Assembly: GCA_043228905.1 (NCBI GenBank)
Contig: JBHGNT010000013.1
Span: forward strand, 6,324,001-6,388,000
DNA from: Azolla caroliniana
Lineage: Eukaryota > Plantae > Polypodiophyta
Direction of reading: 5' to 3'
DNA length: 64,000 bases
The translations under genes were made by a program, and so were the position numbers. The notes under the pieces are model-generated. The model made no database searches and had not been told where the DNA came from. It saw only the letters and a list, made by a program, of their open reading frames with translations. This document shows, piece after piece, positions 51,601 through 62,900 of this stretch (positions are counted from its first letter, which is position 1; each line of letters starts with the position of its first letter).

Positions 51601-52168
51601 ATATACCAGGCATCTGAACACCTTCAAGTGCTGATAGGAGACGTCTTTGCATGTCGACACCCTTTGTGGGACATCACCTTTCAAGGGCACTAAGGGAGAC
51701 CTGGTGATCAGATAAACAACCATGTACATTGCCTCAATCCAATACGATTTCGGCAACTTTGCATGCGACAACATGCTCCACACTCTTTCCATGATAGTTT
51801 GATTCATCCTCTCTACAAGCCCATTCAGCTCAGGGGTCTTAGGAATTGTATATTCGAGTCAAATACCTTGGGACTTGCAATACTCTTTGAACTATCCTCT
51901 ATACTCACTATCATTGTCGGTTTAGATAGCCTTCAACATCCGACTCGACTATCTTATAGCTTTGGCATGGAACTCTTTGAAGAACGACAACACTTGTTCC
52001 TTCGACTTTAGTACAAAAGCCCACAACTTTCGAATGTAGTCGTCAATGAATGCGAGAAAATATTGTCATGATGCGATGGAACATCCATGCAACACACGTC
52101 TATGTGTACTAGTTCTAGTGCAACTTCTCTTCTCTTTGGTGGTCTCGAGTGGAATTCAGCTCTATTTG
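48690..52168 (-). mobile_element. Copia element E (Tork-like, related to D), old 3' remnant: 3' LTR ~48690-49324, RH/RT, integrase
   Basis: PPT next to 49324; the LTR shares TTTTACGTGGAAA..CCCTAAA with the LTR of D; LLYVDNML, SQEKYVTK, FHSRPPKRREVALELVH. The left LTR boundary is inferred. Confidence 0.85.
50882..51195. repeat. Tandem 157-bp duplication in the integrase-RT linker of E
   Basis: ttctggctcatcc.catcagtcaataaaacatattga...ggctcgggttc starts at 50895 and at 51052. Confidence 0.9.
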
Positions 52169-52589
52169 GAGTAGTTGCAACATTCATGGACAAGGCCATT
52201 GATATTCTCTCACTCTCGCTCTATTTCTCTGTGCTCCTAGACAACAACTACCCATATATACCTAATCTAGATCAAGCTCTCAGCTCTGATACCATGTTAG
52301 AAATATTGAGAATCGATTAGATAGGTATATAGAGTTACCGCCACAAAGATGGATATGTGAAAGCAAAACTTCTATTATATATGAGAGTAGCCCAAAATGG
52401 TAGTTCACCCATGCACTCACACCTTAGAGCTTAGATGGGATCTGGACCAGCTCACTACAAAATTAGTGGTGACAGATGATCAACCCAACCACTCTGTAAG
52501 AAAGTCGATTATATTCTATGTTTGGTCTATGAGTATGACATTAAATGTTATGATATTCCTTTTCTGCCAATTGACTTGTCATTTAATAT

Positions 52590-52952
52590 GAATGAAATCC
52601 TTCCGGAATCATTACGAGAGTTGCAATCCAACACTTCAAGAAATCCACCACCCGCCGAGTTAGAATGAAATCCTTCTGGAATCATTACGAGAGTTGCAAT
52701 CCAACACTTCAAGAAATCCACCACCCGCCGAGTTAGAATGAAATCCTTCCGGAATCATTACGAGAGTTGCAATCCAACACTTCAAGAAATCCACCACCCG
52801 CCGAGTTAGAATGAAATCCTTCCAGAATCATTACGAGAGTTGCAATCCAACACTTCAAGAAATCCACCACCCGCCGAGTGAGAATGAAATCCTTCTGGAA
52901 TCATTACGAGAGTTGCAATCCAACACTTCAAGAAATCCACCACCCGCCGAGT
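52590..52952 (+). repeat. Five tandem copies of a 73-bp unit derived from the chromovirus gag N-terminus
   Basis: Units start at 52590, 52663, 52736, 52809 and 52882, are near-identical and have no spacers. Confidence 0.97.
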
Positions 52953-55900
52953 CACAACCACCGTCGTGGCACCTAGCCCGACCACGTCCTCTTCCCATCC
53001 ATATGTCCTTGAACCAACCATCAGCCTACCCGAAAAATTGAACGGCACGAGGGTGTATCTTTGTGGCTTCATCAACCACATTCGGCTTATCATCGGGTTA
53101 CATCCCCAACGGTATGCTAGCGATTTTTCTCAGGTTGGGCTTTTCGGCACGTTTCTCTCCGGGTCGACGCAAGCGTGGTGCCATCCCCTCTCTTAGAAAA
53201 CTTCACCGCTTTCATTGAGGAGCTCGAAGCGACATTTGGCGAGACAGACCGGCGACGAATGGCACTCACAAAGCTTTATTATTTCCAACAAGGCTCACGT
53301 CCAGCCTCGGTCTACGCCTCAGAGTTCCGTCAGATTGCCTATGATGTGAGTTGGGATGACCAAGCCCTATGTGACCATTTCCGTCGCGGCCTCTGAAACG
53401 ATGTCAAGACCCTTCTCTTAAACTTCTAGGAGCCCACATCATTGTCTCAAGTAATCTCCCAAGCTGTCCAGTGTGACAATCGTCTCTTCGAACTTCGTCA
53501 AGAAGAAGGGGGGACTTGCGGGTCTCAGGCTTCTTCCTGAAATGCATCAATCAATCTCTAGGCCCTACTTGTCTCCCACGCCAACCTTACCATCACCCAA
53601 TGATAACCATACCACGACGGAGGTCGATTTCCATACCCCGATGGAGATTGACCACGCTCAATTCCAACCACTAACTGAAGCCCAATGCCAACAACATCGG
53701 GATAATGGACTGAGTCTTTATTGTGGCAACCCCGGCCATGTAATCCGCCACTGCCCGGTGCGGGGCCTGAGGCACCAATTCCATCGTGCATATCTTGTGG
53801 AGGCTCCTCGACAACAGGAAAACGACCAAGTCCGGCTGCAGTAGGAGCCATGCCGTTGGACGCTTCATGTTACTCACCTTCTCCATGCTCCTACAAGTCA
53901 ATTCCTCCATTAGGAGGGTTTTCTTTGGAAGTAAGTCTTTGCTTTGGTTCGACTTCAATAAATTCTCATGCCTTGCTCGACTCTGGAGCATCTACTTGCT
54001 TTATCGATAAATTGTTTGTCCCTGCACATTATATCCCCACTGTCCGCACATCACAACCCATATCCATTGAAGCGATCAATTGTAGGGTTGTCTCTTCGGG
54101 GGCGGTTACCAAAGCCACTATCTTGTCGGTACTTCAAGTCGGGACGCACCAGGAGGAACTCACGTTCTACCTCATTGCAACCCCCTGACATCCGATTGTG
54201 TTGGGGCTATCTTGGTTGGAGACACACAATCCGATGGTGGATTGGTGTAACCGCTCCATCACTTTTCCAGTAAGGTCAATTCGTGCTAGGTCACGACACT
54301 CTCTTGATTCCGTTGCGGTCGAGTCCGGTTTGTTTGCTACACTGGCCATTGTGTCGGGGGACGTCACCATTCCTATCAACAATTTACCCGTTAGATATAA
54401 CGATTTTTCCGACATCTTCGAAAAGTGGAATGTCGATCAGTTACTGGCTCATCGCCCCTACGATTGCCCAATCGAACTCCAAGATGGCGAGCATCCCCCA
54501 TTCGGTCCTACCTATGGGTTATCTGAACCCGAACTTGAGAATCTCTCGCGAAGGGCTTCATTCAATCACCGAATGGGACACCAAATTGTTTGTCAAAAAG
54601 AAGGACGGCTCCTTACACTTATGGGTGGGTTATCGAGGTCTCAACAATGTTACGGTGTGTAATCTTTACCCCCTGCTCTTGATTCCATCGCTCCTTGATC
54701 GACTCCGACTTGGGCATATCTTCTCCAAATTTGACCTTTGGGGCGCCTACAATTTGGTGCGCATCAAGCTTGGGGACGAGTGGAAAATGACCTTTCGGAC
54801 GCACTATGGACATTTCGAGTACAGAGTGATGCCATTTGGTCTTACCAACACTTCGACCGTCTTCTAACACATGATGAACGATATTTTTTGAGAGTATCTT
54901 GATCATTTTGTGGTCATCTACTTTGACAACATCCTAGTTTTTTCTTCCAACTAGGAGGAGCACACACACCACATCCGATTGGTTCTCACCAAACTACGGG
55001 AATATGGGTTCTTCGCCAAAAGTGAGAAATGTGAATTCAATAGGATCTCTGTCGAATTCCTAGGTTATATGATCTCACCTACTGGGATCACAATAGATGA
55101 ACGCAAGGTAGTGGCAATCACTGATTGGCCTCTATCGACTCAGCTGAAAGAGGTACAATCGTTTGTTGGCTTTGCAAATTTTTATAGATGATTTATAGAC
55201 GTGTTCTCTTCCCGAGTCCAACCTCTCATCTAGCTTACCCAAAAAGATACTCCATTTCTTTGAACCCCCACGACACACAATGCTTTTAATACCCTCAAAG
55301 CAGCTTTCCTCTCCACCCCCGTGTTAGTCCACCCTGACCCCACCCGCCATTTCCAGGTTGAAACCGACACCTTCGACTTTCCCATAGGTGCGGTCTTGTC
55401 TCAGCCCGACGACGATGGCACCCTACATCCGGTCGCCTTCTACTCTCAGAAGTTTACAGCCCCGGAAATCAATTATCCGGTCTATGACAAGGTGCTTGCA
55501 GCTATCATCTCGGCCTTCACCGAATGGAGACCCTATCTGGCTATGGCCCAACATCGTATTCAAGTGTTGGCCGACCACAAGAATCTTATCTACTTCACCA
55601 CCACTCATACGTTGAATCGGAGGCAGGCTCGTTGGTCATCTTTTCTCGCCGACTACGACTTCGAAATCTTGTTTCGACCCGGCGTTCAACATGGGAAAGC
55701 GGATGCTCTCTCTTGTCTACTGCGCACCATCCTCAAACTGATGGCCAAACTGAAGGATTCAACCAAATCCTCGAACAATACCTCCGGTGTATAGTTAGCG
55801 ACCAACAAGATGATTGGGTGGACTTCCTTGCCATGGTAGAATTTGCCTACAATAATAGTATCCATGCCTCAACTAGGGTTTCCCCATTCTTTGTAAACTA

Positions 55901-56520
55901 CGATTTCCACCCTCGTTTCAGCATTTCCATTTCAGAGATTTCCGTCAATCCGTCAACTGAGAGGCATGCCCACACCTTACAAGATGTCCATCGTGACCTC
56001 TCCCCAGAGCTCTGTGCCGCTAGCAAACAATATAAAGCGCACGCTGACCGACATCGCTTGGTCGCGCCGCAGTTGGTGACATGGTTTGGCTGCTACGTCG
56101 CCACATCGCAACCACCTATCCCTGCACTAAGCTTGACTACAGAAAGTTAGTTCCCTTCCGTATCCTCGAGTGATCCAGTCACCTTCCCGTTAGCGCTTCA
56201 CCCCAAATTTTGTCTTCACAATGTTTTCCTCATCTCTCTCCTCGAACCCTACCATCCTTCTCACATTTCAGGATGACAACCTCCACCACTGCCACCGCCC
56301 GTGGAATTATCCATAGGTGAGGAGTACGAGGTTGAACGGATCCTCAACTCCCGCTTGCGTCGCCGAAGACTTCAATACTTGGTCTTATGGAAAGGTGGGA
56401 ATCAGTTACACATTTACAAAATACGTCGGAGGCAATTCACACTTTTCATCAACGATACTCTCATAAACCAGTCGCGGGTGTTAGGAGGCGGCCTTAGAGG
56501 GAGGATAATGTCATAGAGAT

Positions 56521-56602
56521 ATGCCATGGAAGAAGGTAGGGATTGAACCTTCCCCAAAGACCTCATGGTCTCTATTGGGCAACCTTACCAATTGAGCTAC
56601 AT
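56521..56602 (-). promoter_or_regulatory. tRNA-derived Pol III A-box/B-box module, antisense within the LTR of K
   Basis: The - strand reads GTAGCTCAATTGGTAAGG (A box 56588-56599) ... GGTTCAATCCC (B box 56539-56549); homologous to 11500-11575. Confidence 0.65.
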
Positions 56603-56948
56603 ATGCATCCTTGTACCAGATCCAACTTCATGTACTGTAGATTGAACATTGGAAGTTTCTATTGCATGCATCCTGATGCATTCTCTATTTCTAGCTGTCT
56701 TACATAGCCCTACCTTCTTGTATAAATACTCAGGTGCACCTTGATTCTAATCAAGATGAACAACACCAATTACGGATTCTATAAGTTGAGTTCTTTTTCT
56801 TTTCCTCTCTCTTGTGTTCTAGTGTTGTCTTCGCTTTGCTCTATTATTCTTGTCCGTGACAAATACAGGCTAGTGCTAGATAGTACTTATCTTGAAATCA
56901 ATGACACATACTTCAAGACTAAGTACATCGTAACTTGCGCACAAAATA

Positions 56949-57458
56949 TGATAGGAATCAACCGGCCACAACCGGTTGCACGTTCGTATTCGGGGGCGAA
57001 CTAGTACACAGATGAAAAACGTGAAGACACAGAGACATCGATATTTTACGTGGAAAACCTGAAATGGGAAAAATCACGGGGGTCCACAAATCCCGAGAAA
57101 ACAGATCATTATAGTAGAGAGGAAGTACAAATACGGAACTCGGAGGTAACGACCTCGAGTTCTCCTTCGTCTGACAGACGACTACAGAGTTACACTCTCA
57201 CTCTCTGACTCACGGTTACAGAGGCAACTAGCTCGTTCTAAATTTACAATAATGATCAACTACTTACTAAAGTTTACCCTAGTTCCTTATAAACAAAAGC
57301 AACTTTCTAGCTATTTACAAGTATAGCCCACAAGGGCATTTTAGACTATTTACAATTATAGTCTTCTGAAACAATTTCGGTTTTCCATTTTGATTTCGGT
57401 TTAGATACTCACCAACACGGTACTTCTCTTCCCATCCGGAAGGAAATGTTTCCCAACA
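56949..57458 (-). mobile_element. Solo LTR of a D-related Copia family, 510 bp, TSD AAATA
   Basis: TG..CA termini; shares CGGCCACAACCG, TTTTACGTGGAAAACC and CCCATCCGGA..CCCAACA with the LTR of D; AAATA on both flanks; no PBS or PPT. Confidence 0.88.
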
Positions 57459-58176
57459 AAATATTCTAGTTGACTTGATTAGCCAATCCTATTACCTATT
57501 TCGCTCTTTCCTAAATCCATTGTGTCCCACGCATCTACGGTTTCCTAGATTAACACCTTATCACCCCATATGGTCGAGTTGCACACTAGCCACTCCTCAT
57601 TTGGGGCTCTATCACAAAATGTGTACTCTAAAAGCACATATGGGGATAGATTTACAACTTGGGGCTGATCATTGATTATATCTAACATGTAATGTTGACT
57701 TGGTGTTGGCAAGGTCCTTGGAGCCCCTGCCGCATCGTTAATGTTTTGATTCCGTAACTGAACCGTTTGTTCAACTATTCTCTGAAGGCTTCTGGAAAAT
57801 GACTTGTCTTGCTTGATCTCTTCTATTGCCCTTTGTTATTCTTCTGGTTTCCGTAGCCTCTTCTCTCGGTTGGCTAATGGATCCTTGGTCTGTCTATACG
57901 ACATCCATCCTCTGTTGTCCACTGCCTCTCGTAGAACCACGTGGTCGCTAGATTTGTGTTCCTACTCCCTAGGAACACGGGTTGGATACTCAAACATTGA
58001 GTACCCTTCACCAAAGATCGTGGTAGGACTGATGGGAATGTGTTATAGACTGCAATCCGAAATGGATAACAATCGGATTAGAAATAATATTTGATAAATG
58101 GAGTTCGGCTAATCTACACTCAATCGTCCTGGAATAACAGTTGCATAGTCCGAATTGGACACTAACAACGATCCAC

Positions 58177-59948
58177 GACTGGATAATTGATGTCGGGTCG
58201 GGTGATTGTCAAGTAGATAAGGCTTCCGACAATTTGTCAGAACTGTTTCTCATTGCAGGCTGGTCCAGAGTCGGGACATAGCTTCAGGTTCCGGTCCAGG
58301 GTGTAGAGATTGGTCAGCATTCCCTCATGCCGAACTTGTACAACATATTCAACACATAATGGCGTTGTGAGAGCAATATGTTGTCGGGTGTTCGAATCAC
58401 CTCTATCCCAAGAAAATAATGAAGGTCCCCCAGGTCCTTCATTTCAAATGTGTCTGACAGTTGGGACTTTACTCGGCCGATTTCATTGAGTCTGGGTCCG
58501 ATGATGACTAAATCATCTACATAAAGCAAGATGCAAACCGAACCGTCCGAACCTTGCTGGATGAACAAAGATGAGTCCGATTTAGAGGTCACAAACCCCA
58601 TCTTACACAACCGATGCATGATCTTCGCATTCCAAGCTCGGGGGGCTTGTTTCAGACCATAAAGCGACTTCTTAAGCCGGCGCTATGTACTCATTATACA
58701 CATACCGTGTAATAGGGTTCTTCTGTCGGGAGGACCGGCGTAACTTGTCATCACCCGGTTTGGGGCCCCTCTTGGCCAGTTCGGACTTCCTTCGCGAAGA
58801 TCCGCCTTCATCCTTTCCGGAATCATATTCGCTATGATCCAACTCAACGTTACCGGTTTTGTATTCTGACATCTTCTTCTTCCCCTTCCCTTTGTATGTG
58901 AACCGTCTCCTCGGTTCCTTGCGCAGGGAGATCAAGACAGAGTCTCCACTACTCACTGGTTCTTCATCCGACTGATAACTTTGACCCAGTCGCTTGTTCG
59001 GTCCACTCAACCAGAATGATTCCGAACTCTCTTCTAGAGTCTCAAGCTCGTCATCTTCTATCTGGGCCGGTTCGGGCTCACTAGCCTCATCCTCCGAGAT
59101 TGGGTCGGAGTCGGAAGTCGGAGTCGGTAGAGAGTACCACGATGGCGTCTCGTCGAAGTCAAAATCTTGGGTTACTCGGACCTACTTTGTCCGGGGGTTA
59201 TAGCACTTATACCCCTTCTGCTCATGTGAGTAACTGACTAGGATGCACTTCTCCGACTTCGGATCCAGCTTCCTCCACTTCTCATCTGGTACATGCACAT
59301 ATCCTATGCTACCGAATATCCGAAGGTGTCTCAAATTCGGCTTCCGCCCGAAATACAACTCATGTGCTGACACCTTGTCCCCGATCAAGTTTTGGATGTA
59401 GACAGCCGTCCGGACTGCCTCAGCCCAGTAGAATTGGGGCATGCTCTTCTCCTTCTGCATTGCCCTTGCCGCGTCGACAATCGACCAGTTCTTTCTCTTG
59501 GCCACTCCATTTTGTTCAGGTGTGTATCGGCAGTTGAATTCTCTCGGAATTCCGTTCTGCTGCAGATAATTGTTGAATTGGCCACAAAAGTATTCTTTTC
59601 CGCCATCCGACCGCAGGCACTTGATCTTCCTCTCAGTTTCCCATTCAGCTAAGCTTTGCAAGTTCTGGAAACATTCGAAGACTTCGCTCTTCCGTTCGAT
59701 GAGGTAGATCCACGTGTGCCGGCTATAGTTGTCGATGAAGGAGACGAAATACCGACTCTCGCCAAGACTAACGTTCTGTGCTGGTCCCTGTACATCCGAG
59801 TGGATTAAGTCGAGCTTGTTACGGCTCTGGTTTCATTCGGTGGGGAATGGAAGCTGGTGTTGCTTCCCGAATTGGCAGACTTCACAAATTTCGGCCTTCC
59901 AGCCACTAAATTCCGGCAAACCGAAAATGACTTGTTTCGATTGCAAGT
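58177..59948 (-). mobile_element. Copia element I, 3' half (integrase, partial RT with internal deletion), inverted
   Basis: Starts LQSKQVIFGLP at 59946, the direct continuation of HVNYRRLQD at 24065; RSDGGKEY, LLYVDDLV. The first half of RT is deleted at ~58680. Confidence 0.88.
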
Positions 59949-62900
59949 GGGTCAGTCCCCCGTAGAGGTATGACACCCGGTTCGGACCGAAACCGACCGG
60001 TGCCGACAACCCAGGTGCACTGGACAGAAAGAAGCAGGCAGGGTTTCGGTTGAGCACCGAAATCGAAAGGACCACAGACCTGCGAAAGGTCCTGGAGGAA
60101 CATATCCTCGACAGCAAAGTGGAGTTGTCGCTGAGGGAAGTGCTCGGGATCGCCAAGAAGGAGTTCCACGACTCCATCGTAGACTTGGTGAAGAGGAAAA
60201 GGCTGTTGACGGAGCCGGAACCGGAGAAGCCGGTGGAGGTGCGGACCACGCACTTGGAAGATGCGGCCCTAGAAGACGAGTTGGCGGAAAGCCACTACAC
60301 GAAGCCGCATTGGGCTAGGGCAACTACGGAAACCCATGTACGGATCGGCAACGTTTCGGAACCGGTGGTGGCCTTGGTAGACCATGGATCTGAAATCAAC
60401 CTGATGTCCATGGATTTCTACAAGAGGGGTAAATGGCCGATCAACACCAAGCATGGCTGGAAAATACGGACAGCGACGCGCGCCACGGAAGAACTACATG
60501 GAGCCTATCCGAACGTACAGGTGAAAATCGGCGATGTTGAGATCGACCAACACTTCTTCATGCAGGAGACATCCTCGCATCCGGTTATACTAGGAGAGCC
60601 ATACATCACGGCAGCACGAATGGAGACCAAGGTGTTGGACAACGGTTCGGACTATGCAAGATTCAAGAGCCAGGATGGGCATCACTCGGTCCAGTTCCTG
60701 ACAGTGCGACCAAACCATGAGCGTAATCGCGAGACCCTCGGCGGCGAAACCCGAGGGGATTTTTAGAGAGGGCTATCAAGGCGTGGGGACGCGATAGTCC
60801 GGACACCCGGGAAAAACCCCACAAATGTACAGTAAGGAAGAAGACATGTACCATAGGTAGGAAATTTTGGTTCTCTGACAACGGAGGTTGTACTATGGTC
60901 GGCGTCGACGGCCGGGAAAGGAAGCGAGCGGAGGAGCGGCTTAGGGGATGCGGAGTCCTCTTCCCCGATGAAGACATTAGCGGCGCCGTGGAGGCGGTCT
61001 CTTTTGACGACACCTTGGGCGAGTTGCGAAAGGTGATCGGTGAAGACCTTAGAGAAGACCGGACCGTTCCGGTAGGTTCGATGGGAATGTACGCAGTCAT
61101 CGCGGACTTCGGGGAGAGGATCGGGTCGGATCGGACGGCCTGTGTGGATACAAAGTACAAGACTGTGGACCGGAAGGTAAGGGCAGTCACGGCACCCTTG
61201 TCGGAGGGTAGTGAGGAGCGGATAAAAGGGATCGCATCGGACCCGAGTTTACAGAATCCGGCTGGCATAGGGCACCGGTTCACTGACATAACGCTACGGG
61301 AGCTCAAGGTTGGTGGGGGTGGCTTCCTACTACCGGCGGAGTAGAACAGGTTTCGGAGAATGCTCGGAAGGCATGGGAAAGACTTCGCGTTCTCGCCGGA
61401 GGAGATTGGGTGCGTGGACCCGATGGTCGTCGAACCGATGGTGATCTTCACGGTACCGCATGTACCGTGGAATCTCAAACCGATTCCGGTGCCGAGAGCT
61501 CACATCCCAAAGTTGATGGAGCTTCTGAAGCAAAAGGTGGAGATGGGCATCCTCGAACCGTCGAGTGCCCCGTATTCGAATCGGTGGTTTACGGTGCCGA
61601 AGAAGAACGGCACGCTACGCTTCATTCAGGACCTGCAACCGGTCAACAAGGTGACCATCCGTAATGCAGGAATCGGACCGACCATAGACGAGTTCGCGGA
61701 GGCCTTCGCTGGAAGGACGATCTATTCGGTCGGTGACTTATACTCGGGGTACGACCAGTTCCAGCTAGCCGTGGAGAGCAGGGATATCACGACGATGCGA
61801 ACTCCTCTCGGCCTACTACAGATGTGTACCCTGCCACAAGGCGGGACAAATTCGGTTGCGCATATGGTGAACGCAATGAACAAGGTGCTAAGGGACTGCA
61901 TCCCAGACATCACCATGCCATTCTTGGACGACATCCCGATAAAGGGGTGTCCGGTGGATGATGCGGACGAGACTGTCGGGCCAGACGGATGTTGGAGGTT
62001 CGTCGTGAACCACATCAACGACTGCGAGAAGGTGCTGAAGAGGCTCGAAAACGCACGACTCACCTTATCCGGAGAAAAATCGGCGTTCGGGCAGTCGAAG
62101 ATCTTGGTGGTCGGGCACCTGTGCGGGCCCTACGGTAGGAAGTCGTCTCCAGCAAAGATAGAGGCCATCTCAGCGATGAGGGACGATTGCGGGTCGGTCA
62201 CAGAGGTCCGCAGATTCTTGGGAGCATGCGCGTTCTACCACATCTGGATTCCGCACTACGCGCATGTTGCGGAGCCTCTCTACGGGCTATTGAAAAAAGG
62301 GCATGGGTTCGAGTGGAGGACGGAGCACACGGAGTCGGTCCGGAGACTAAAAGGGGCGCTTACGGTAGCGTCGGCCCTCCGTAAAGCGGTTTACAGCGAG
62401 GGTGTCCCCATTTGCGTGACGGTGAACACGAGCCCGACCGGGATCGGGTGGGTAATCAATCAGGAGGACAAGGACGGCGTACGATTCCCGATCCGGTTCG
62501 GGGCGAAGGTAATGAGTGAGCGGCAGCGAGGATACACCCAAGTTAAGCGCGAGCTTTGGGGTATCGTTTTAGCAGTCAAGGCCGACAAGAACTATCTGAT
62601 CGGGACGGAGGTGATCATCGAGACAGACTGCCTGCCGATACTCAGCATGGTCTCCGGATGCACGACGCCGGACCTAGCAATGCTCCGGTGGATAGCGTAC
62701 ATTAAGTCCCTGAACCCGGAGATACGGCACATCTCTGGAAAGGATAACGCCATGGCCGACATGCTTTTGAGAGCAAGGTTCAACGACGAAGACGGCATGG
62801 CATGGTTTCGGATGACGAAGAAGTCGGCGAGGACTTCTTCGGGTCGGCTAATGTAACGACGAGGGGAAGGGACACTCCGGCGCTTAACGAATTTGACGAA

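Larger units (their letters stand above)
52590..56861 (+). mobile_element. Gypsy chromovirus K (Tcn1/Reina-like), degenerate, lacking 5' LTR/PBS; 3' LTR 56509-56861
   Basis: gag PEKLNGTR/QQGSRPASVYASEF, LYCGNPGHVIRHC, protease [45 protein letters not shown], integrase HPQTDGQTE, chromodomain [21 protein letters not shown] (~56317-56397), PPT AGAGGGAGGATAA, and a TGTCA..TGACA LTR. Confidence 0.92.
52169..57687 (-). mobile_element. Element J: 5' LTR (52295-57687, ~600 bp net, split by two insertions) + PBS-Met + start of gag
   Basis: GCTCTGATACCA at 52283-52294 abuts TGTTAGA; the inverted terminus TCTAACA is at 57681-57687; ATG at 52199. Confidence 0.65.

Noticed and set aside
52577-52582. TGTCAT as a remnant of K's 5' LTR
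   Set aside because: Only 6 bp of match, and the preceding TGACT does not match the right flank AATAC.
52590-52952. Possible CRISPR-like array
   Set aside because: Head-to-tail 73-bp units with no unique spacers, no cas genes, eukaryotic context, and the unit is gag sequence.
56521-56602. Functional tRNA gene (also 11500-11575)
   Set aside because: A/B boxes are present, but no convincing acceptor or anticodon stem can be folded by eye.
57688-58176. Unassigned segment between the J LTR and Copia I
   Set aside because: Probably TE-derived, but no termini, PBS or motif identified.
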